This document shows, piece by piece, positions 38,050 through 47,200 of a DNA stretch of 64,000 nucleotides. The notes under the pieces were generated by a model. The model was not told where the DNA came from. It worked only from the letters and a program-made list of their open reading frames with translations, and ran no database searches. The position numbers and the translations under genes are program-made. This DNA comes from Camelus dromedarius (Eukaryota), in NCBI RefSeq assembly GCF_036321535.1, contig NC_087437.1:17982001-18046000 (forward strand), read 5' to 3'. Within the stretch, counting starts at the first letter, position 1; each line of letters opens with the position of its first letter.

Positions 38050-39731
38050 GTCCTCCCGAGAGAGGCTGGTGCAAAAGCCAATAAGCCTGGAACACACGCA
38101 GGTCCTGCTGGGCCTGGGACAATGGTTTCCATTTAATAAATATTTCCCCCAAGGGCATTTCACACCGGGCAGGCAATTATTCAAAGGAAACAGGCGCGCA
38201 GGTTGGCTCTGCGGGTTATTTCGTCCTCTTTACCCGAAGAATGTTCATCTGACGCAAGAAACGAGTCTCGCATTCTCGCTGGGTGGGAAGAGGCGCCCAG
38301 GGACAAACCGACCCCGGGTGCGGATACAGCCTAAGACTCCGCTCTCGGGTCGCTGCAGAAGGGGCAGTGGGAAAGCTCACTTGCCCCGCCGCGCGCCGGC
38401 TGGCCTCCAGATTGTCCTTGCGATTTGGACAGATGTGTAGGGAAAGTTGGAGGTTTAAAAACACTAAATAATAACATAAATAGAAATCGAAATGGAAACC
38501 CATCCCCCGTCTCTTTCATAAAAGTGAAGAGCTGGTCGCGGTGCTCTTAAAGGCCCGCCAACCAGAATTTGAAAACTGCACCGCCGGACGGGAGGCCTTC
38601 GGGCATCGGCTTGGAACGCACGGCTGAGCTAGCCCGGGGCCCAGCACTCTGCCCAGGCGCCGCATCCCGGGGCAGAGTGGAGGCGGAGCCGCGCCGGTGT
38701 CCCAGGAGAACGCCGCCAAAAGACCGCCGAGGGCGCGGCGCGAAAAGTTTATTTCGCTTTTTAACCTGAGTCTGATATATTCTTTTTCTCTTCTAAGGAT
38801 CTTTGACAAGGGGGGAAAGTGCTGCCCTTGCATTTCGTGGCGAGGCTGTCCTATTTATCAACACGCGCCCTCGGCTCCCTCCCTTTGCTGCCCCTCCCTG
38901 GTCTTTGTATTCGAAGTCCCACTCCTTTGCCCAGTCGAAAAAGGAAACCCGCGCGGGGAGTTTTGTTTGTTGACAGTGCCAGAAACAATGTGGCATCCGA
39001 GTCCCCAGTCCGGAGCTGGCCGCTCGGTTCTCTCGCTCTCTGTCTCTCCCTCACACCTCTCCCCGCCCCCAGCAGTCGCGCTCAGTCTTTCCAACGCGGG
39101 CGCGTTGGCAGGTGCGCCCCCTCGCCTTCTCTGCTGCTGATTGGAGCCCAGGTTGGGGAGTCACCGCCCCGCGCTTATGTCAGAGTGCGTTGCGGTCCGG
39201 GCCCACCTCGCCTTTGAACTTCGCCGCTTTTGGCTCCCGTTCACCAGCCTCCCCGCATTCTCAGCCAGGTGCTGTTCTAGGCGAGGAGGCTCCGGAAAGC
39301 CACGGGCGGGGGGAGGGAGCCACGGCCGTAGACACGAGAGAGAAGAGAACCAGAGAAGGCGAAGGTAGAGACGGGGAGAAGGAGGAGCTTCCTGCCCTCG
39401 CCTGCAAATTACCTGGCCACTTAATCCCAGAGACTTCGGTACTTGGGTCTCAGCCTCTGGTGCCGGCAGCCCCCCAGCAGGCTGCCCTCTCCTCCCCCGC
39501 CCTTCCTGGCCCTACTCGCCCCCCCGGGGCCTGCTTGGGTGCTGAGACTGGCATGATCAGCTGAACTTTGCGGGGTTAGCGCTTCTCTCTGGCTTCCCCT
39601 CTTTGGTGTGGAGGCGAGGGGAGCGCAGAGCCCCGGCTCAGGACGGACAGACAGGCAGACCGACAACCGCGTCCAGGCTCGCCTGCAGAGCTCCTGCACT
39701 CCCCACCCCCACCCGCCTAGCCTCCGGGACC
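38050..39731 (+). promoter_or_regulatory. SOX14 proximal promoter and 5'UTR within a CpG island
   Basis: CpG-dense and repeat-free. Inverted CCAAT (CTGATTGG 39137-39144), SOX motif AACAATG 38984-38990, TGACAG 38971-38976, CCAAT 38078-38082. The TSS cannot be fixed from sequence alone. Confidence 0.75.
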
Positions 39732-40454
39732 ATGTCCAAACCTTCAGACCACATCAAGCGACCCATGAACGCCTTCATGGTATGGTCCCGAGGCCAGCGG
39801 CGCAAGATGGCCCAGGAAAACCCCAAGATGCACAACTCAGAGATCAGCAAACGCCTAGGCGCCGAATGGAAGCTTCTGTCCGAGGCAGAGAAGCGGCCGT
39901 ACATCGACGAGGCCAAGAGGCTACGGGCCCAGCACATGAAGGAGCACCCTGACTACAAGTACCGGCCGCGGCGCAAGCCCAAGAACCTGCTCAAGAAGGA
40001 CAGGTATGTCTTCCCCCTGCCCTACCTGGGCGACACGGACCCGCTCAAGGCGGCCGGCCTGCCCGTGGGGGCCTCCGACGGCCTCCTGAGCGCGCCCGAG
40101 AAAGCTCGGGCCTTCTTGCCGCCCGCTTCGGCGCCCTACTCCCTGCTGGACCCCGCGCAGTTTAGCTCGAGCGCCATCCAGAAGATGGGTGAAGTGCCCC
40201 ACACCTTGGCCACCGGCGCGCTGCCCTACGCATCCACCCTGGGCTACCAGAACGGCGCCTTCGGCAGCCTCAGCTGCCCCAGCCAGCACACGCACACGCA
40301 CCCGTCCCCCACCAACCCGGGCTACGTCGTGCCCTGTAACTGTACCGCCTGGTCTGCCTCCACCCTGCAGCCCCCCGTCGCCTACATCCTCTTCCCGGGC
40401 ATGACCAAGACTGGCATAGACCCTTATTCGTCAGCCCACGCCACAGCCATGTAA
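39732..40454 (+). CDS. SOX14: SRY-box transcription factor 14 (SoxB2 group), single coding exon, 240 aa
   Basis: ATG at 39732 (gggaccATGt, A at -3) to TAA at 40452-40454. The protein has an N-terminal HMG box ([37 protein letters not shown]...YKYRPRRK), then the group-B motif (KKDRYVFP) and a C-terminus GYVVPCNC...[10 protein letters not shown]...HATAM. It lacks the poly-Ala tracts of SOX21. The ORF-track start at 39603 is a TTG. Confidence 0.98.
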   Translation: MSKPSDHIKRPMNAFMVWSRGQRRKMAQENPKMHNSEISKRLGAEWKLLSEAEKRPYIDEAKRLRAQHMKEHPDYKYRPRRKPKNLLKKDRYVFPLPYLGDTDPLKAAGLPVGASDGLLSAPEKARAFLPPASAPYSLLDPAQFSSSAIQKMGEVPHTLATGALPYASTLGYQNGAFGSLSCPSQHTHTHPSPTNPGYVVPCNCTAWSASTLQPPVAYILFPGMTKTGIDPYSSAHATAM

Positions 40455-41143
40455 CCCCCAGCCCGGCCTGCCAGACCTGGAGGGCAGCCTGGAAGCGGGG
40501 TCTGCACCCTGTCCTCTGCGCCTAGCCGGGGCCTCCAGATGACTCCGGGTCACCCCTGCCGCCACCCTCTACCCTACCCCAGAGTCTGTCTCTCTCTCTT
40601 CCACGGGGATGGTAGGGGCGTCCTCCCGGACCCAAGGCGCAGACAGGTGCCAGAAACTTGCGACCGTTATGACAGCTATACAGCTGTCCCTAGCCCGCCT
40701 GTCCCAAAACAAACCTCTGACTGTACCCTCTTTGGACAAAAAAAAGTAGGCAGTTTTGCTTTATTTATGTCCCCTTCTCTTTTCTCTGATGGGCTTTGGA
40801 CTCCAGATCTGCCAGATCCTAGTATTATATCTAGAATATGCATATATATATTTTCTTTCGCACTCTGAAGAAAGAGTTAGCTGTGTCTCTGTGTTTTGCC
40901 ATCAGACACAACTAGGTGCCATTTGCTCTTCATGTGTGGGGGAAAAGGCTTAAAACTTTAAAACTACAGAAAGGGAAACATTTCTATTTAAAATCATACC
41001 ATGATAGTGTTTGCTTCTTTAAAGGTAAAACAAAAGGACCCACATGGTTATTTACTTTGTATAAAGCAGTGCTCCTAGAGACATAAGTTTACTTTTAGAC
41101 AGAATGTCAGGTTATGAAGTCAGGAAGTAGAAAGTGAACAAAA

Positions 41144-41157
41144 ATTAAAACAATAAA
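41144..41157 (+). terminator. Possible proximal polyadenylation signals (ATTAAA + AATAAA)
   Basis: ATTAAA 41144-41149 and AATAAA 41152-41157, with tgttttg downstream. Confidence 0.45.
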
Positions 41158-41258
41158 AACATCCTAAATGGTCATAAATGTTTTGACAATGTCTTGGAAA
41201 TGTACCTAGAAGGATTTCACCTCCTTACTCTGTTCATTTGTTGAACAAAGACGTTTTG

Positions 41259-41264
41259 AATAAA
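41259..41264 (+). terminator. Likely SOX14 polyadenylation signal (distal AATAAA)
   Basis: AATAAA at the end of an AT-rich 3'UTR, followed by CA at 41280-41281 and a downstream T/GT-rich element (ctttgatgtg), after which base composition changes. Confidence 0.7.
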
Positions 41265-44200
41265 GACAATCTGTCATTGCAAAAAGTAACCTTTGATGTG
41301 CATAAAATCTGAAGTCCAGAGGCCAGGTCTGTGGGTCTGGGAGCTGGGCTGCTGGGAGGCTAAAAGGATATAGAGTGACTCCAGCAGTGGCAGCTGGTGG
41401 CTGGTCTGCGTGCGCCAAGTCTGGTGGTCCGTGGGCCGGGTGAAAAGGGGCACAGAGTCTAGGTTTTGTCCCGATCATGCCCTCTGGATCCACTTTTTGC
41501 CTTTAGAGGCTGGACAAAGGTATCTGTCCCTGGGATATCACTCTTTCCTTGCGTTTTTCACGAAGTGGTCAAACCACTTCAAGGAGCGAATGAACTAAGA
41601 TAAAGGCCAACCCAGACTTCTGAGATCTGAGAGCATTTTCTTTTTTTTAAACCAAACTCCAAAGGAATGGAGAGAAGCGCGGAATCTACAGGGAACCAGT
41701 TGCGCACAGAGCACCGCATCCTGCGGTGGGTGTTTAAGTTCAATACTGTGAGAAGAGCGGTGGAAAGGTTTTTTTTGTTTTTGTTTTTGTTTTCGTTTTT
41801 TTAGCAAGGTGTTTGAAAACGCTGTTGCTGGCTCTTCTGAGGATTTGGGACTCCTAAGTTAAAAAACAAAAGTCTAAGAAATGCTGAAAAATGTGCCCTA
41901 GGTCACCACTCCGAATTGAAGGAGACTTTTTATGAAGAGTCTGCAGGTGCAAAGGGAAAAGGAAGGTGGTAGTGACACGGCTCCGATGCAATGAGTTTTT
42001 TAAACATCATAAAAATTGAATAAGGCGTAGCCCTTCGCGTTTAACAAGCAAGGAAAAGAGCCTTTTTCTTATCCCGGGTGGGTTAATGTTTGCTTGAAGA
42101 TTACTGTTTTTCATTGGGAGAAAGGACCTCCTGATGCCTTCCAGAACAATTCTTTGGAACTTGTTCTCAAAATCAAAGGGTGTCCCCCATCTCTTGTCTC
42201 CTGTCCCCAGTCTCACCCCCAGAGCTGTGCTCACGCGTATTTATCCGTAGGTCGGGGGCTTTTCTCACTAGCTTTGATTTGGCGCGGGGTGGGGGTGGGG
42301 GCAGTTTAGCGGCTTGTCTACTTTCTGCTGCTGTTGAGGGATTTGTGCGCTTGCCTCTGCCGTTTCCAAAGGAGTCGGTGGCTGGAAGCGCACGCAAACG
42401 TTGTCAACAGACACCAAAGCCGAAAACCACGGATTAGCATATTGTCCTCAAAACAATTAGAAATGTTTGAGGTGTTATTTGGAGCCTATTCATCTGAACC
42501 CCTTTGTCAAAGGGGGATTTTCATTATTAAAAAAAAAAGTTAGCAGTTGTCCATCTGGCTGAGCTGAATAGCAAAGTGATCCATGTTGTATATGCTTTTC
42601 TCATTAAGAGCTCTTTTGAGACCGATGTTAGAATTAAATGGTATAACACAATTAACATACACGGGCGCTGAATAGGAGGGGACGCCTATAAATAATAGAT
42701 AGATAAATAAATGAGCGATCAGGCGAAGGTAAACAAAGACGGGCTGAGAGACTGGTGGGGGGAGGCTGGGTGGACTGCGCCACGCTTACTTAGCATTACA
42801 AAACCCTCTTACAAATCGAGACAATTAGGAAGTGACTTGCCTCTGGTGGCTGTCCGGTCTAGGGGCTCAGGGCGCATAAGAAAAGCCCCTCCTCCCGCCC
42901 CCACGAAGCCTAGGAGGCCCAAGGGGGAGGCTTCGCGGTTTCGCTGTCTGATATAACCCCAACTGACAGTCCTGTCAACCGCCCTGATCTCCCTCATAGC
43001 TCAGTGTCCCTTAACATCTCCTAAGATGAAGCTTACAGGGGTCTGGGTATCTCCCCGCAGAGCCCGGCGCACCAGTGCCCTGGGTGCACAGAGGGCCCCA
43101 GCCCCAGGAGGAACCCGGCGCACGGCCCTACAGGGGCGTCCAGCCGACTTCCAGCCGGGTTTAGGCTGGGAAGGGGCGCCAGGTGGGTTCAAGTGGGGAA
43201 GGCTTCGGGCGGCGGTAGCTGGAAAACTGAAACCAGGGTCCAAATTGAGCCCGGCCCTGGGGACTCAGAAGGGGGCTCCAAGAATCTGGGGTGCGCCTGC
43301 GGCTGGGTCACTGAGACTTATTTCAGGCCAGCAGGGAGAGGAGGGCCCAGCGCAGGTCCCGGGACCTCCAGCCGCAGACCTAGCTCTGGCCGCTTCTGCC
43401 AATCACTCCTCATCTCCTTCCCTCGCAGTAGGGCTTGTGCAGCTGTCTGCGCTCCTAAGGCCTGGCCCCAGCCGCGACCCCGCAGGGACCAGCCTCGGCC
43501 CTGCCTCCTGCGCCCCTCGGGCCGCAGAGCCTCCGCAGAGGTGCGCAGCCGGGACTCGCCCCAACAAACAGCCGAAATCCTCCTCGTCACGCCGCTGACA
43601 GGGGCCGATTACTGACTTTGAAGTCAGGCGCAGACAAAAAGAAATCCCCTGAGGGTGTGTGGGTGGGGGGGGAGCAGTCCCTGTCAAACCTGTTTGCTCA
43701 CAACTGTCTCTTTCTTTCAAGAAAATCATTAAAGCAAACCTGTAGGGAGAGCAGCGCCCCGCCTGCCCGGAGTCGAGGAGAGCCGCTTCTCCCGAGCGCG
43801 CGACGCGCAGCCAAGAGCAAACAAGAGTCCCCTTGGACAGACTGCATGGCCGGGAGAAGGCGAGCTCCCTTCACGAGCAGGGCCCCGGAGACCCCAAAGG
43901 TGGGGACTCCGTCTATCCCTCTGCGCTTAGCGCGCTTCCCGCAGCCCGGGAGTCCCGGACTTCTGCCCGAAGCCTGGGCCTCGCTCGAGAAGGGGCTTCA
44001 CGTAAGGCCCTGGGGGCCTCTAGCCTGCGGGAGCGACTGCTTCCAGGGAACAACAACAAAAAATTGACTCTGATCTTTGCTGCGTTCGCCCCTGCCTTTC
44101 TTCTACTGGGTGCTTCCTAGGACCGCGGAGACCTGGCCAACACGCTGCTCGGGATGGCAGCCGGCGGCTCTGGGCGGCAAAGACAAAAGTGGTTTAGATT

Positions 44201-47200
44201 TAGATTTTCTTTCTTAAACCTTGACAGCCATTTGGCTCAAAGGCACGCTGGCCACTTCTGGGAGAAATGGAATCATTGGTCCCCTTCTGCTCCTGGTCTC
44301 TGCTGGAGAGCCTCTGCAGCCTTTCATGCGCTCCCCCAGCTTTGGATCCGACTCCAGAAACCTCTGATTCCCTTCCAGTTTCCGAGTTTTCTCATTTAAA
44401 TATCAATTTCCCTAGAACTGCTAACTTTATTGATGGGAAAGACCAGCTACTTAGAGTAAATCATACTGAGGTGTGAGTGACTGACATTTGAGATTCCCTT
44501 TACATTTGCATTTTAAAACAGGATCTAGATAACCTCCAGGAATCACTCCAGTCATGTAAAGCAGAGTGATATTTCAGACAGGGTGGGGCGTAGGGCACTT
44601 TCATTACATCACACCATCCAGAGAAGTGTCTCCAGCCCGGACAGCTTCTCTGGAGAGATCTAGGGCCTGGAAAACTTGGCGAGCGAGGGTGCCAGGACTG
44701 CCCTCGAGGACTCGTTTCCTTCGGCTCCTCCCCAGTTCAGTTTTTGTCACCATTGTGCAAGCGGACAATGAATTTCACGTCATTTGAATTTGAATATCAT
44801 GTAATTCACAAGATTCGTGTTAAGGACTCTCGTCTCTTTATTTACTGAGCACATCGTACCTGTGTCTCAGTGTTAGAGAGGAAGACAGACAGAGGCAGAA
44901 GGGGCCCGTTAGATTTGGGTGCTGGAGATACCGGGACTGGTGCTTCCCGCCTCCGCCGAGGGGCGCTTGCTCCAAGCCTCTGTCCCTGCCCTGGCCTCCG
45001 AGTCCCTCGCAGACTCAGGTGCGGGAGTGCTACTTGGGCTGGTTTCTTTCTTGGCGTTACTGGGATGAGCTTTGTCCTGGAACCAGAAGGTTGGCGCTGG
45101 GCCGTCGCAGAGTAATTAAGAAATAATGAAGTTGGGGGCGGGTGTGGGCCGCTTGAAATCCTGGGGCGTCTTCACCAAACCAGAGACTCGCGGTTGCCGC
45201 CGCTTAACCCTGGCTCTGTGCGCGCTTGGGGAGCGAAGCTTGGTGACGTCCGCCCTGGCACTGGGAAGGGACTGTAAGAGAAAAGAAGGAGCTTCGACAC
45301 CCCCTCCTCATCCAGACCTCGGCCCTGCGTCCAGCTGAGCTGTCACTCGTGGACTCCTGGCCTGTCCCTGGGGCCCGAGTGTAGGAGCTGTACTCTGGGG
45401 AAGCGGAAAGGGCCACTGGTCCCGGACGTTCTTGGTCAGCTTCCCTAGATTCTCCGTCATCTTCCCTCGACTTCCTGCTCTGGGCATCCTCTCTGACCCT
45501 CCAAAGCCCCCCAAGAGTTTGGTCCGAGTTGGGGAAGGGAGCGGCTGCCTAGGCCGGACAGTGTCCGAAAAGAGCCCACTAGTTTCCTCTTTGCTGCAAA
45601 GTGGAGGAGTTGCGCTACTCTGGCAGCTAGTGGCTAGTTCCCAACTTTTTCACTCTTGGGTCAGGAAAAGAAGCAATTCATTAGGGATCCGTGCCTTCAA
45701 GGCAGGGACGGTAGGGACTTCAGAAAAACTCTGCGAGCCGGGCGGGCTGCCCTCGGCCTGGAGCAGGGAGGAGACGTAAAATGAGACGCGACGGACGCGT
45801 GCGGGGCAACCTGCAGCTCTAGGGCGCGGCCCCTTCCGCCTGCAGGCCCCGGCGCCGCCTGCCGCTCCCAGCCTCTTCTGGGTGCTTCGGCGCCCGGCCG
45901 CACCTCGGAGCCGGGAGGCTCTGCGGGCTCTAGAGCGGCGGTGAGAAGGAGGGGAGGTGGGTGTGAGACGCGCGCTGGGTGCCGCGGGAGAGGTGGCGCG
46001 GCGCACCCGCCCAGCTGGCGGAGGGCGGAGAGCCAGGCGTCCCAAGAGCCGCTTAGCGACTCCCGACTTCCTGCATTCGGGCCAAGCCCCCGCGGGCTCT
46101 CCCGACGCCCCGCCCGGGGACCCAGGGAGGAGGGAGAAGAGAGGGAGGGAGCAGGCGGCCGAGGCGCACTCCTCTAGTCCCCGTTCGCCCGGCACCCCCC
46201 GTGGCGCGGCGAGTCAATGGGATTTGCACACTCGAGGTGTAACAGCATTACTGCATTAATTACCATTTCCATTTCACGTCCAGATTGTTTACTTATCTGC
46301 GGGAAACATATGTCGGGAGAAGTTCACATTCCGGATTCTGCTCCGCTGCCCAAGGTGCAATTCCGGGGAGCCGGCTAGGGGGAGGGGAGGGCTTCAGATT
46401 TTTTATTACACCCTCTAGCCTTATCTGCTGCTGTAAATTATGAGGATCCTCCATTGAGCGGCATATGGAGATTATATACTTTTTTGAATATCGTTTCCCA
46501 AAGCCTGCAGATTTTCACTTTGAAATGAAACAATCCTCCGCCGGCTCCCTCGGGGCCCGGAGCCTGCTGCGCTCCCCTGCACGACCCGGGGGACCCTTTC
46601 TTGCAGGGTCGGGCGCATACCCATACCCCTAGTGCCGCAGCCAGCGCCCAGCGGAGCCCTATTTTCAGGAACTGAAATAATCTCTCGGGGAAAATCCATC
46701 CATCCGAGGTATCTGAGAACCCAGGCGGCGCCCCTGCTCTGTTTTCTGCATCTCACCCTCGTACTTCTCCCGCGCAGTTTGCAGCTTTTTCATTTCGGAT
46801 ACCCGCGTAGACGCGAGCCCTCTTCTGCCCTCTTCCTACGCTGGGCGGCTCCAACCCCTCGGCGAGGGTAGAGGTGTCCACGCCCTCTCACAGCCGCCTG
46901 CCTTGCCCGCACGCACCTCAAAGGTTCCGCAGAGCACTGGTTTTGGGACAGCCAATTTGGCTTCTTTCTCTGTTGGGATAGGGGGGCGGGGTGTGTGTGT
47001 GTGTGGAGGTGGCAGGAAATGTGCCCCAGCTTGAGACTGCTTCTTGTGAACCCCGAATGGATATCCTGAGTGGAAGACAGCTAACTGTCTCCCTACCCCG
47101 GGAGAAGCAGGACGGACCAGAACAGCGCGACCAAATCCCATCTTTCTTATCTCTCCGAGACTCCTTTCAGGCTGAGATCAGAGAGGGAGGGTAAAGGAAG

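Larger units (their letters stand above)
35250..47160. promoter_or_regulatory. Extended multi-part CpG-island domain around SOX14
   Basis: CpG density is visibly high in blocks at about 35.25-37.0, 38.0-40.65, 42.65-44.2 and 44.9-47.15 kb, versus CpG-depleted flanks. Almost no interspersed repeats. Confidence 0.85.

Noticed and set aside
37790..38440. 216-aa ORF upstream of SOX14
   Set aside because: It begins inside a MIR (NLSFPICKMG is the translated MIR core) and continues through GC-rich promoter DNA; no protein similarity recognised.
39603..39731. ORF-track 283-aa version of SOX14
   Set aside because: It starts at a TTG. The known protein begins MSKPSDH at ATG 39732, which has a good context.
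39638..40404. Antisense and alternative-frame ORFs overlapping SOX14
   Set aside because: Expected shadows of a GC3-rich coding sequence; no recognisable domains.
40590..40925. Single miRNA seed matches in the SOX14 3'UTR (e.g. GTGCCAT 40916-40922)
   Set aside because: Isolated 7-mers are expected by chance and cannot be supported without conservation data.
43001..46260. Long Arg/Pro/Gly/Ala-rich ORFs (140-190 aa) on both strands
   Set aside because: Stop-poor CpG-island sequence; the ORFs overlap in several frames and have no domain signature.
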